64,000 bases of DNA from positions 64,001 through 128,000 of the IMG/VR virus record IMGVR_UViG_3300049573_000219, one strand, 5' to 3'. Position numbers and translations under genes: made by a program. Each line of letters starts with the position of its first letter. Position 1 is the first letter of the stretch. The notes under the pieces were generated by a model that did not search any database, had not been told where the DNA came from, and was given only the letters and a program-made list of their open reading frames with translations. This DNA is from a virus (taxonomy: Duplodnaviria; Caudoviricetes). Positions 9,456 through 18,527 of the stretch are shown here, in pieces.

Positions 9456-10015
9456 GCGCGGTCCCCCTTCAGGATGTCCCGCTCGGCGACGTGGGCGTAC
9501 GTGATGGCCGGGGGCTTGGCGTTGAAGTGCCGGAACAGGTGGTCGTTCGACCGGGCGATGTACGCGTTCAGCGCCCGCTGCTCGTCGAAGGTGTACGTCC
9601 CGTTGCTCACCTCGCCGTACGGGTCGACGGTGTAGACCACGTACTCCCGCTTGTGGTCGGTCCACGCCAGGACCGTGCCGATCCGGCGCTCCCCGCCGCC
9701 CGCACCGTTCGCGTACTGCACGGCCAGCACGATGGAGCCGACGCCGACGATGTCGCCGCACTTGACCGTGCGGTAGCCGTTCTGCGAGTCGAGCACGTCG
9801 ATCAGGTTGTCCCGCTCCTCCGGGGACAGCACCACGTACTCCGTCTGCGTCCACGACGGGTGGTCCCCGTCGGTCACGGTCGCCTTGCCGATGCGCAGCA
9901 CGGCGTTCCCGGCGTTCGACTGCTCGACCGATCCGATCACGCTCGGGTTCGGCGCGTACTCCGACGGGCCGATACCCAGCCCCAGGATTCCCCTCAGCTT
10001 CTTGATCACGTTCAT
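9452..10015 (-). CDS. hypothetical protein
   Basis: MNVIKKLRG...; SD GGAAGGG. Confidence 0.8.
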   Translation of the reverse strand: MNVIKKLRGILGLGIGPSEYAPNPSVIGSVEQSNAGNAVLRIGKATVTDGDHPSWTQTEYVVLSPEERDNLIDVLDSQNGYRTVKCGDIVGVGSIVLAVQYANGAGGGERRIGTVLAWTDHKREYVVYTVDPYGEVSNGTYTFDEQRALNAYIARSNDHLFRHFNAKPPAITYAHVAERDILKGDRA

Positions 10016-10099
10016 CTTCCCTTCCATCTTCCGTACGTCCCACCGTGGGACACAGGCGCGCACGAGCCCCCTCCCGTGCGCCCCTGAATCACGCGGTGA

Positions 10100-10345
10100 T
10101 CACAGGCAGTCCGGGATCTCGATCCCGTTCTCCTCCAGCAGCGCCCGCAGCCCGGCGACCTCCATCCGGTGGTTGCGCTCGACCCGGGCGGCGTTGTCCC
10201 GGGCGTAGATCTGGTGAACCATCTCCGCGATCTCCGGGTCGTAGTCCGGGTCGCTGGTGTCGGGGGTGTAGGCGATCTCTCGCTCCCGGCCGCCGTTCTC
10301 CTCCCGGTACTTCCAGTCCATCGCGTCGTCGTAGTCCATCCGCAT
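10100..10345 (-). CDS. small acidic protein
   Basis: ORF track; SD GAGGTG. Confidence 0.75.
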   Translation of the reverse strand: MRMDYDDAMDWKYREENGGREREIAYTPDTSDPDYDPEIAEMVHQIYARDNAARVERNHRMEVAGLRALLEENGIEIPDCL

Positions 10346-10354
10346 GACGTCACC

Positions 10355-10882
10355 TCACCACTTGAACTTGTCGAACCAGATCAGGGTCCCGCCCTCGCGG
10401 ACCTCACCGCAGACCTCGCCCTCACCCGTGGCGTGGTCGACGTACCACTTCTCGAAGTCCTCGGGTTTGTCGAACCCCTCCCAGTCGGAGAGCGCCGGGT
10501 TCTCGTCGTCCGGGCCGATGTAGTCGGTCTCCGCGTAGTCCCGGGCCAGCTCCTCGAAGTCGGCGAACGACTCGCCCCGGTAGGACGCGATCACCTTGCG
10601 CAGATCGGCCGGGGTCAGCGCCTCCCGGTCCTCCGCGTCCAGCACGGCCAGCGCGCCGTCGATGATCTGCTCCGTGACGACCTCGCCCTTGTCCTCCCGG
10701 TCGTCGTCCGGCTCCACCGGAGCGCCGTACAGCTCGTCACAGAGCCACGCCCCGAGCGCCCCCAGCTCCCCGGCGTTCCACTCCCGGGTGTCGGTGGGGC
10801 AGAAACCGGCGACCTCCGCCACCTCCAGCGCCTCACGCCACAGCTCCAGCGGGTATGCGCTGGTCTCCACGATCTCGATCAT
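10355..10882 (-). CDS. ArdA-like acidic antirestriction/DNA-mimic protein
   Basis: Very D/E-rich; SYRGESFADFEELARDYAE...DFEKWYVD...WF resembles the ArdA C-terminal domain. Confidence 0.5.
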   Translation of the reverse strand: MIEIVETSAYPLELWREALEVAEVAGFCPTDTREWNAGELGALGAWLCDELYGAPVEPDDDREDKGEVVTEQIIDGALAVLDAEDREALTPADLRKVIASYRGESFADFEELARDYAETDYIGPDDENPALSDWEGFDKPEDFEKWYVDHATGEGEVCGEVREGGTLIWFDKFKW

Positions 10883-10961
10883 GTTTTCCGTTCTCCCTTC
10901 CGTCCGTGGTCCACGGTGGGGCACCCGGTCTCCCGGATGCCCGCCCGAAGCACGCGGATGG

Positions 10962-11480
10962 TCAGCCCTTGCACGACCCGTCGCAGTAGGTCGTCTCACC
11001 CATGCCGACGCCGGGGTTCATCAGGTCGGCGTCCTCCCCGTTGTGCCCCTCGCACGGGTTGTGATCGGCGCACCGCTTGACCAGGACGATGTTCCCGGCC
11101 GCGTCCGTGTCGACCTCGCACCCGTTGCCCTCGGCGGAGCACTCCACCCAGTCCCGCATGACGATGTACTCGCCCATCTCGACGTTGAGCACCCAGCCCT
11201 CGGGGAGCTGTTCACCCAGGTACTCGATCGCCTTGTCGGTGATGCCGCCCTGGCCGGTCATCGCCTCCAGCTTGTTCAGCTCGTCGTCCGAGGCGCCCGC
11301 GTCCGACTCTCCCGAGTTGCGGTACCACTCGACGACCGCCGTGTCCTCGGCGTCCAGCTCCATGCCGTGGTGCGTGGCGATGTCGACGATGCGGTACGAG
11401 TTCGTCCATCCGGCCGCCCCGTCCAGCCAGCATCCGGCCTCGACCTGGTTGCCGTTCTCCAGCGTGATGATCTCCGTCAT
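10962..11480 (-). CDS. hypothetical acidic protein with Cys-rich C-terminus
   Basis: MTEIITLENG...CEGH...YCDGSC. Confidence 0.75.
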   Translation of the reverse strand: MTEIITLENGNQVEAGCWLDGAAGWTNSYRIVDIATHHGMELDAEDTAVVEWYRNSGESDAGASDDELNKLEAMTGQGGITDKAIEYLGEQLPEGWVLNVEMGEYIVMRDWVECSAEGNGCEVDTDAAGNIVLVKRCADHNPCEGHNGEDADLMNPGVGMGETTYCDGSCKG

Positions 11481-11518
11481 GCCCTTCTCCTCTTCCGTCA
11501 TGATTCTGCGGATCGGTC

Positions 11519-11911
11519 TTACGCGTCGCCCTCGGCGGCGTTGATCAGCTCCTGCGCCCGCTCGGCGCCGCGCAGCTCCCATCGGCCGTAGTCCTCCCGC
11601 TCGGCCGCCGTGGCGCCGTATCGGGAGTACGCCACCTGAACGGCCAGAAGGAACTCGCCGTCGTCCCCGTTGGGCTCGATGCCCATCAGGGACAGGTACC
11701 GCATGGCGGCCGACGTGTAGAACGCGCACGCCTGCCGGGCTCCCTGCGGTCCGTACCACGTGAGCTGATCCCGCGCGTCGGCGTACGACGTCCCGTGCTC
11801 CGGGTGCGAGCCGACCGGCCCCAGCTTGAACATGCCGTCGGTGATCCGCTCGACCCGGGCCGTCACCTCCCGCACGAACGCCCCCGTGAACTTGATTCGC
11901 TCCGATTCCAC
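11519..11911 (-). CDS. hypothetical protein
   Basis: GTG start after GACGGAAGGGAG. Confidence 0.7.
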   Translation of the reverse strand: MESERIKFTGAFVREVTARVERITDGMFKLGPVGSHPEHGTSYADARDQLTWYGPQGARQACAFYTSAAMRYLSLMGIEPNGDDGEFLLAVQVAYSRYGATAAEREDYGRWELRGAERAQELINAAEGDA

Positions 11912-11960
11912 CCTTGATCTCCCTTCCGTCTGGTTCATGACCATTCGTCCGATCAGGAAC

Positions 11961-12014
11961 ACACTGGAAGATTCGGAACGCGCCCGGAAGCGCCTTCCGA
12001 ATCCTCCCGAATGC
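11961..12014 (-). other. intergenic hairpin family I
   Basis: CATTCG-GGAGGATTCGGAA...TTCCGAATCTTCC-AGTG. Confidence 0.55.
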
Positions 12015-12020
12015 CTCAGA

Positions 12021-12149
12021 TCAGGCGCCGAACGTGCGTCGGTAGGCTTCCCGGGCCTCCCGTGCCGACCGGCGCACCGCCTTCCACTGATGCCGCAGGG
12101 TCACGGCACCGCCCACCACCACGAGACCGGCGACGACGTAGCCGATCAC
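12021..12149 (-). CDS. small single-TM membrane protein (42 aa)
   Basis: MIGYVVAGLVVVGGAVTLRHQWK...; GTGA overlap. Confidence 0.6.
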   Translation of the reverse strand: MIGYVVAGLVVVGGAVTLRHQWKAVRRSAREAREAYRRTFGA

Positions 12150-12418
12150 GCGTCGAACACCAGGAAGACGTCCCGGTCGGGCGTCCCCCGGTCCCACACC
12201 GGCCGCCGCCCCGTGCCCTGTGCCAGCAGCAGCAGACCGGCAACGTGCTCCGTCGCCTCCCGGCCCTCGACCGGGTTCCCGTTGCGCTTGATCGGCAGCG
12301 GGAGCGCCAGGGTGGCGCCCGTGCGCGTGTCCCGGGCCGTCAGGCCCCGCGACTTACTCCCCGCCGGACCGACCTCCGTGCCCCGGACGATGATCTCTCG
12401 CGGCTTCTCCTGCGTCAT
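12146..12418 (-). CDS. hypothetical protein
   Basis: ORF track, SD GAGG. Confidence 0.75.
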   Translation of the reverse strand: MTQEKPREIIVRGTEVGPAGSKSRGLTARDTRTGATLALPLPIKRNGNPVEGREATEHVAGLLLLAQGTGRRPVWDRGTPDRDVFLVFDA

Positions 12419-12450
12419 GCTGCGTTCCTCTCCCTCGTTGCCGGGCCCGT

Positions 12451-12669
12451 TCAGGCCCGGAAGTTGTAGCCCATCAGGCGCTCGTGGATCATCCGCACGG
12501 CGGGCCGGTCGGCCAGCTCCCGCGCGACCTCCGCGTGCGCCTCCATGTCGTCGTCCGGGAGCACGTGACGGGGGCGGCTGAACTCTCCCGCCCCGCCCTC
12601 CGTGATCACGGCCTTGACCTTCTCCGGCTCCGTGGCGGTCGGCGCCACCCGGTACGTCCAGATGATCAC
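12451..12669 (-). CDS. hypothetical protein
   Basis: GTG start overlapping upstream stop. Confidence 0.65.
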   Translation of the reverse strand: MIIWTYRVAPTATEPEKVKAVITEGGAGEFSRPRHVLPDDDMEAHAEVARELADRPAVRMIHERLMGYNFRA

Positions 12670-13154
12670 GCCGTGACCTCCTTGTGGATCAGCGCCCACC
12701 CGTACGCCTGAGACTCGGGGTCGTAGTCGGCGTGTTCGCAGCGCTCCCGCTCCGTCCACTCCTGGCACGGCATCCCGTCCTCCCCGGCGCCGCACGTGGG
12801 CGGGTGCATCTCGACCGAGACGATCGCCCACAGTCCCGGCGTCTCGCGGATGTGGTCCTCCAGGTCCCGCCCGAAGTGCTGCCGTCCCGGGTCGAACGCG
12901 AACAGCGATCCCGCCCCGGCCCACCCGGTGAGCACTCGCCACCCGTTCTCGACCCCGGCGATGGCCGCCCGCTCGTGGTCCTCCAGCACGTCCGGCATCT
13001 CCCAGTCGCCCGACCAGTCGATGTCGATGGACTCCGGCGCGTAGTCCTCCAGCCGCGCGGGCGGGTACGCGGCCGTCTCGAACGTCCCGTCAGGCTTGAC
13101 AAGGATCGGCAACGCGCTCGGCCCGTGCAGCGCCTCATCCAGCGTCTCGGCCAC
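12666..13154 (-). CDS. hypothetical acidic protein
   Basis: ORF track, strong SD. Confidence 0.75.
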   Translation of the reverse strand: MAETLDEALHGPSALPILVKPDGTFETAAYPPARLEDYAPESIDIDWSGDWEMPDVLEDHERAAIAGVENGWRVLTGWAGAGSLFAFDPGRQHFGRDLEDHIRETPGLWAIVSVEMHPPTCGAGEDGMPCQEWTERERCEHADYDPESQAYGWALIHKEVTA

Positions 13155-13241
13155 GGTTCATTTCTCCCTTCCGTCCGGACCGTCCGGCACCACGGACCCG
13201 CACGGAATCGCTCCCGTGCAGGCCCGAAGCACTGCGCTCCG

Positions 13242-13481
13242 TCACCGTTCCCGCAGGTCGTCGCCGTGCGTGTAGCTGAACCTGGTCCCGGCGACGTGTA
13301 TGGAGTATCCGTCGCCGTTCGACACGTCCTCTCCCAGCTCATCGAGCCGGTCCAGAATCCGCTCCAGCTCCCCGTACGCCTCCCGGATCTGCACCCGCGC
13401 CGGGTCGGCCGCCAGTTCGTCACGCTCCCGCTGGAGTCGGGCGATCTGTGCGTCTATCGCCTTCAGCTTGTCGCCGCTCAC
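13242..13481 (-). CDS. small coiled-coil protein
   Basis: ORF track, SD GGAGG. Confidence 0.7.
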   Translation of the reverse strand: MSGDKLKAIDAQIARLQRERDELAADPARVQIREAYGELERILDRLDELGEDVSNGDGYSIHVAGTRFSYTHGDDLRER

Positions 13482-13494
13482 GTGCGCCCCTCCC

Positions 13495-13953
13495 TCACAT
13501 CCACACCGGCACGATCCGGTGCCCCTGGTTGGCGGCCAGGAATGCCATCCGTTCGGCCCGGCTGCTCATCCCCTCCGCGTCCGTCGGCCGGTTCAGGGTC
13601 ATGCGCAGCCGGGACAGGGTGGTCCCCTCCAGGACCGGCGCGTCCCATGTCCACAGGGTGACCAGCCGTACCGTCTCGCTCGCTTCCGCCTCCCGGCTCT
13701 GCGAGACCTCGCAGAGCGATCCCGGGATCATGTAGTGCTTGCCGATGCACACGCGCGGCTCGTCCTCGACCGCCTTGTGCAGCAGCTCTTGCATGTGCCC
13801 GAGGTGATTCGACAGGCCGATGTATCCCTGCCAGTCGGGATCCGTCCCGTCGCCCGTCTCGGGAGACAGGAACAGGTCGGCCGCGCCCGCGCGTCCCGCC
13901 GTCCACAGCCACCGCTTACCGGCCGGGAGCCGGTACAGGTATGTGTGCTTCAC
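13495..13953 (-). CDS. hypothetical protein
   Basis: GTG start overlapping upstream stop. Confidence 0.7.
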   Translation of the reverse strand: MKHTYLYRLPAGKRWLWTAGRAGAADLFLSPETGDGTDPDWQGYIGLSNHLGHMQELLHKAVEDEPRVCIGKHYMIPGSLCEVSQSREAEASETVRLVTLWTWDAPVLEGTTLSRLRMTLNRPTDAEGMSSRAERMAFLAANQGHRIVPVWM

Positions 13954-14195
13954 GCCTGCCTCACCTCGTGCTGCGTGTCGCCGTCCAGTACGACGACCTC
14001 GCCCTTGACCAGCACGTACGGCGTCGAGCCGTTCCCGTAGGCCATCGCGTACACCCGGCGCCACACCCCCAGGTACTCGACCATGTGCGCCGTCGGGATC
14101 TTCCCGCCGTACCCCGTCACGGTCTGCCCGCTCACCGGCACATCCGTGACCTTGACTCCCGTCACGCTGGCCGGTTCCGTGTACTGCACCGTCAT
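13950..14195 (-). CDS. conserved small phage protein
   Basis: GYGGKIPT-HMV-WRRVY-YGNGSTPY motif. Confidence 0.75.
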   Translation of the reverse strand: MTVQYTEPASVTGVKVTDVPVSGQTVTGYGGKIPTAHMVEYLGVWRRVYAMAYGNGSTPYVLVKGEVVVLDGDTQHEVRQA

Positions 14196-14497
14196 GCCGT
14201 CACCTCTCCCATGCCCGGCTCCCGCACCGCTTCCGTCACGCGCGCCAGGAACGCGGCGCTCACCGCCGGGAAGTCGTCCGACGCCATCGCGGCGCGGATC
14301 CTCCCGTCGGTCGTCACGACCCACACGCCGTAGCGCGTGCGGCCGTTGCCTCCCGTGCGCAGGGTCAGCAGCGTCCCCGCGACCCCGTAGCCACCGTGAA
14401 AGACCTTGAACACGTGATGCACGTCAGCCCGCGCATCCGCGATCTCGTCCCCCGGCTGCATGTGCACGCGCACCGGTTCCGTCGTCGTCGCCCTCAC
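14192..14497 (-). CDS. hypothetical protein
   Basis: GTG start after GACGGAAGGGAG. Confidence 0.7.
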   Translation of the reverse strand: MRATTTEPVRVHMQPGDEIADARADVHHVFKVFHGGYGVAGTLLTLRTGGNGRTRYGVWVVTTDGRIRAAMASDDFPAVSAAFLARVTEAVREPGMGEVTA

Positions 14498-14588
14498 GTT
14501 TCCCTCTCCCTTCCGTCGAGCCGTCACCACACGGACGGATGCGGGACCGTGGCCCCGCGCCCGCCCGAACAGCGGCGCCCCGTGAGCG

Positions 14589-15212
14589 TCAGACCGTCGG
14601 CCGGTTGGCCGTGATCAGGTCGAACAGCGGGTGCGGCTCCCACTTCCGGTTGCCGTCGGCGTCCGTGCCCGGGTACGTCGGCCGCTCACCCTTGCACTCC
14701 CGCAGCGTGCGGCGCAGGGTCGCAATGTCGACGTCCGTGTACGCCCGGATCAGAGCCAGGTCGATCTCCGTCTCCAGCATGATCCGGCGCGCGGCCTCCC
14801 GGTTCCCGTTCCGCCGGGCGCTCTCCGCGTGCTCGTCGTTCGTGACCGTGGACAGGGCCAGGGAGTACTCCCAGTACCGCACGGAGTCGTCCACGAGCAT
14901 CGTGTCCATGTCGCCCCCGCGCTTCACCGCGCGCAGGATGCGGGACCGCTCCGTGATCAGGGCCAGGAACTTCCCCCGGTCCATGCCGTCCTCCCACAGG
15001 TCCGACCACGTCGGCCGGATCCCGCGCACGTCAGCGCCGTTCGCGTAGCTGTGCGCCATGTGCGCCATGTGACGCCACATGGTCACCGCGTCCTGCGACT
15101 CCTGCCCCAGGTAGCCGGGCTGTCCCGGACCGGGGCGCCCGTCGTGCTTCCGGCGCGTGTTGATCAGCAGGTCGGCCAGCAGACCATGGAATTCCTCAAC
15201 CGTGCGACCCAT
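14589..15212 (-). CDS. hypothetical protein
   Basis: MGRTVEEFHG...; SD GGGAG. Confidence 0.8.
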   Translation of the reverse strand: MGRTVEEFHGLLADLLINTRRKHDGRPGPGQPGYLGQESQDAVTMWRHMAHMAHSYANGADVRGIRPTWSDLWEDGMDRGKFLALITERSRILRAVKRGGDMDTMLVDDSVRYWEYSLALSTVTNDEHAESARRNGNREAARRIMLETEIDLALIRAYTDVDIATLRRTLRECKGERPTYPGTDADGNRKWEPHPLFDLITANRPTV

Positions 15213-15276
15213 CGCGTTCTCCCTTCCGGCCGGGCCCGTCATGGGCCCGGCATCCGTCCGTCACTTCCGTGCGTTG

Positions 15277-15558
15277 CTACGCGGCGAGACCCATCCGGTA
15301 CGGGTCCGGCGACCACTCCCGCGTCTGCCCGTCGTGGTGCTCGTACGTCACCGTGACGTCGTGAAGGACCAGCTTCCCGCCCTCCGTCGCGTACGTGGTG
15401 TGGATCTCCAGTTGGGTACCGGAGTTCAGGTTGTTGCGCAGCCTCCCCATGATCAGGTCGGCCACCTGCTCATCCGTGGCGAACCGCAAGGGCACATACT
15501 CACCCGTGATGCACTCCGTGCACCCGCAGTCCCACGGGTCAACGGCGATCAGCTTCAC
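15277..15558 (-). CDS. small protein with CGCTEC motif
   Basis: ORF track, coupled gene. Confidence 0.75.
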   Translation of the reverse strand: MKLIAVDPWDCGCTECITGEYVPLRFATDEQVADLIMGRLRNNLNSGTQLEIHTTYATEGGKLVLHDVTVTYEHHDGQTREWSPDPYRMGLAA

Positions 15559-15824
15559 CTACGCCACCGGATCCCTTCCCCGAAGTGGGAGTCACAGGTC
15601 TGCGGGGTGTGGTGCCCCTCTCCCGGACATCCCCGGAACCGGCGCCCGTGCAGCCTCTCCCACAGGGAGTAGGCGCCGTTCGTCACGTTCCTCTTGATCA
15701 GGTCGACGAACGCGTACGACAGCCCGAGGGAGGCCCGGGAGTACAGTTCCTGCCCGTCCGCGTCCCGCAGTACCGCGCGCCCGTCCTCCGTGAGGGAAAC
15801 CGTCATGATGACATGCTCATCCAT
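15555..15824 (-). CDS. hypothetical protein
   Basis: MDEHVIMTV... Confidence 0.7.
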   Translation of the reverse strand: MDEHVIMTVSLTEDGRAVLRDADGQELYSRASLGLSYAFVDLIKRNVTNGAYSLWERLHGRRFRGCPGEGHHTPQTCDSHFGEGIRWRR

Positions 15825-15826
15825 GA

Positions 15827-16264
15827 TCAGATCCCGTTGCTCCGGCGGGGCGCTCCCGTGTTCACGAGACCGATCATTTTCCGGCACGCCCGGCACGTCA
15901 CGCCCGTGAGCGCCGTCCCCGACGACCAGACCGACAGGGAGTTCCCCAGGTTCCGGGACGCCGGGCACAGACCGGCCGGAGGCTGGCCAGGCACGTGGTT
16001 GAGCAGCGCGTGCCCCTGCGTGTCCCTCCCGGGCACCTTGCCGTACTCCTGCGTGCGGAACGTGGCCACGCCGACGACCAGCGTCCCGTCCGCCCCGGGG
16101 AAGTGCCGGTTCCCGTCCGTGTCGTACAGGAACTGTTCCTGCGGCACCCGCCCGTCACGGCTCCCCGGCGTCCAGCCGTCCAGGTCGGCGATCACGAAAC
16201 CGCCCGCCGTCTGGAGCAGCGAACCGCGCCTGATGTCGTCGATCCTCTGTCGCGTCGTGTCCAT
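15827..16264 (-). CDS. hypothetical protein with C-terminal H/C zinc motif
   Basis: HAL...LCPA...VTCRAC. Confidence 0.75.
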   Translation of the reverse strand: MDTTRQRIDDIRRGSLLQTAGGFVIADLDGWTPGSRDGRVPQEQFLYDTDGNRHFPGADGTLVVGVATFRTQEYGKVPGRDTQGHALLNHVPGQPPAGLCPASRNLGNSLSVWSSGTALTGVTCRACRKMIGLVNTGAPRRSNGI

Positions 16265-16286
16265 GCTTCCCGTTCTCCCTTCCGTC

Positions 16287-16337
16287 GGTAATGCACTGGA
16301 CCGCCCGGCCCCCTTCCGGGCAGTCCCGAACGTCACC
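16287..16337 (-). other. intergenic hairpin family I
   Basis: CGTTCG-GGACTGCCCGG-purine loop-CCGGGCGGTCC-AGTGCA. Confidence 0.6.
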
Positions 16338-16339
16338 GC

Positions 16340-16675
16340 TCAGACAGGCCGCTCGACACACAGCAGGTCGACCCGGTGAAGGTAGGTCTCCTCCGTGGTG
16401 CCGTCGTCGTTCTTGAACGTGACCGTGATCGTCCCGGGGTCCGCGTCGCCGCCCGTGCGCACCACGGAAACGATCTCCCGCATCTTGTCGCGGCTCCCGT
16501 ACGCGCGCCACGTGTCCGTGGGCGGGTGCATGTAACCGGCCCGCGTCCGCTCGATCCGGGGCCGGATGTTCTCGGCGTCCATCCCGCGCAGTCCGATGAT
16601 CTTCTCGAAGTCCCGCGCGTGCTCACTCGCCCGTGCGAGCGCTTCCCCGGGCTTCAGGTAGTCGTACGTCGCCAT
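16340..16675 (-). CDS. hypothetical protein
   Basis: MATYDYLKPG...; SD GAGGG. Confidence 0.75.
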   Translation of the reverse strand: MATYDYLKPGEALARASEHARDFEKIIGLRGMDAENIRPRIERTRAGYMHPPTDTWRAYGSRDKMREIVSVVRTGGDADPGTITVTFKNDDGTTEETYLHRVDLLCVERPV

Positions 16676-16702
16676 GTTCTTCCCTCTTTCCGTCGTCCGG
16701 TC

Positions 16703-16745
16703 GTGCACTGGAATGCCGGGCCCCCTCCCGGCACTCCCGAACGCG
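16703..16745 (-). other. intergenic hairpin family I
   Basis: CGTTCG-GGAGTGCCGGG-purine loop-CCCGGCATTCC-AGTGCAC. Confidence 0.6.
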
Positions 16746-16761
16746 GCCGTGCGCCCGTGTG

Positions 16762-17160
16762 TCAGTCCTGCGGCGTCTCGCGGTACGTGCTGAACGACGC
16801 GACCGCCGTGCGGATCTTGTTCATGCCGGTCACGGTCGTCTGCGACTCGGCGTCGAAACCGAGCGTCCCGCGCGCCGGGATCGTCCACGTGCCGTCAGCG
16901 TTGCGCCAGGCGATCGGCGTCTCGTAGCTGAACACCACGTAGGTGGACCGGGCCGCTTCCGCGTGCCACTCCCGCGCGAGTCGGCCGACCTCCGACGGAC
17001 GGGATCCCGCCGACCCCGGGCGCCCGCTCAGGTGGCCGGACGTCTCGAACGGCTTGCCGTCCTTCAGGACCGCCGCGTACGCCTCCCACCGCGCGTCACG
17101 GAGCACCTTGCCGTCGCGCCACGTCGTGACCTTCGCGTTCAGCTTGACCGTCTCACCCAT
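16762..17160 (-). CDS. conserved phage protein
   Basis: YVVFSYETPIAW motif. Confidence 0.8.
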   Translation of the reverse strand: MGETVKLNAKVTTWRDGKVLRDARWEAYAAVLKDGKPFETSGHLSGRPGSAGSRPSEVGRLAREWHAEAARSTYVVFSYETPIAWRNADGTWTIPARGTLGFDAESQTTVTGMNKIRTAVASFSTYRETPQD

Positions 17161-17188
17161 GATCTTCTCCCTCTCCGTATTCCCGTTC

Positions 17189-17212
17189 GGCCTAGGCCGC
17201 TGCCCGATCATA
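17189..17212 (-). promoter_or_regulatory. -10 TATGAT (17207-17212) with downstream GGCCTAGGCC palindrome (17189-17198)
   Basis: Intergenic; repeated motif. Confidence 0.5.
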
Positions 17213-17273
17213 GACCGGCTGGAACGCCCGGAGGACCCGGGCGCTCCCGTCCGCCTACATCGTGACCCGTTCG

Positions 17274-17630
17274 TTACTTCCCGCAGGTCTCGCAGCGCGC
17301 GGGCGGCGTGTCCTTCTTGACCCACACCGCCGGGCCCGTCTCCCGCAGCGCCTCCCGCGCGCCGTTCAGGTCCGTGTCGTACCGGATCATGTCGCGCGTG
17401 TTCGAGATGTCGATCACGTTCGGGTCGTCCGTCTCCCGGATCTGCCAGACGTCCAGGCCGCCCGGCCGCGACTCCACCGCAAGCGCCTTACCGGGGCCCA
17501 TCATCAGCATGACGCCGTACCCGTCCGGCCGCATGACGTGAACCGAGTCCTGGCGCTCACCCTTGAACGGTCCCGTCACGACCGCGCCGAACTCCAGCGA
17601 GAGGTGACCCGCGATCTGCATGAGATCCAC
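17274..17630 (-). CDS. hypothetical protein, C-terminal CxxC
   Basis: ORF track. Confidence 0.75.
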   Translation of the reverse strand: MDLMQIAGHLSLEFGAVVTGPFKGERQDSVHVMRPDGYGVMLMMGPGKALAVESRPGGLDVWQIRETDDPNVIDISNTRDMIRYDTDLNGAREALRETGPAVWVKKDTPPARCETCGK

Positions 17631-17717
17631 TTCCGTACTCCCTTCCGTCCGTTCCCGTGAATCGGGAACCCACGGGGAACGTCCCGCCGCAGCGGAACGC
17701 CCCCGAAGATCACCGGT

Positions 17718-18083
17718 TCAGTCGCCGATCGAGTAGTAGTTCTCCCGGGTGCACGTGGCGCACGTCGTGCGGTCCCCCCACGCTTCCTGTCGCGTGGTGA
17801 CGATCCCGCGCCCGTCCGCGTCCGGGTGCTCCCCGACCTCCGTACGCGTCTCGTACGGCCAGCACGCGGCGCAACGGCGGATCGGTTCGGGCCGGTCGAC
17901 CGGGAACCCCTCGTGCGTCTCGGGGTCCTTCCCGTAGTAGCGGCGGCACGGCTCCCCCTCGTGGGCGAACACGTACTGCGGGAAGCCGTACCGCTTTTCC
18001 GTGCCGACCAGCCGGACCGGCTGACCACACCCCCGCTCCGAACAGCGGAGCTGCCAGACGATCGTCAGGTTGTTGGTGCTCAT
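17718..18083 (-). CDS. small multi-CxxC zinc-binding protein
   Basis: CSERGC, CAAC, CATC. Confidence 0.75.
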   Translation of the reverse strand: MSTNNLTIVWQLRCSERGCGQPVRLVGTEKRYGFPQYVFAHEGEPCRRYYGKDPETHEGFPVDRPEPIRRCAACWPYETRTEVGEHPDADGRGIVTTRQEAWGDRTTCATCTRENYYSIGD

Positions 18084-18117
18084 TCCGTTTCTCCCTCTCC
18101 TCGTTCCCGTCAGCCGG

Positions 18118-18435
18118 TCACCCCTTGCGCTGCTCCATGCGCGGCTTGCGGCCGGTCTCCGTGACCAGCTCCCACCCGCACGCCTGCTGTTCCGCGAGGA
18201 TCGTCCGGCCCCGGGCCGTCAGCCGCAGGTCTTCGAACTCCCGGCCCGCCAGTACGCCCACGTCGATCAGCTTCAGGACCGTATCGGCGCGCGGGTTGGA
18301 CTTCGTCCCGTGGCCCCGCTCCATGGACGCGATGACCGACGGGCTGAACCCGCCGCCCAGCGAGTAACTGACGCGTGCGTGCGGACTGTCGACCAGGAAC
18401 ATCACGAGCCGTCCGGCCGCAGAAAGTTTCGCCAT
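18118..18435 (-). CDS. helix-turn-helix DNA-binding protein (XRE-like/winged)
   Basis: GFSPSVIASMERG...NPRADTVLKL, then LRLTARGR. Confidence 0.6.
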   Translation of the reverse strand: MAKLSAAGRLVMFLVDSPHARVSYSLGGGFSPSVIASMERGHGTKSNPRADTVLKLIDVGVLAGREFEDLRLTARGRTILAEQQACGWELVTETGRKPRMEQRKG

Positions 18436-18527
18436 GATCGTTTCTCCCTCTCCTCGTGTCCATCCGCGATAGACAGGCTGGAGCGCCCCGGCCCCCTTCC
18501 GGGGCGCTCCCGTCCGCCGGTCCCGGA

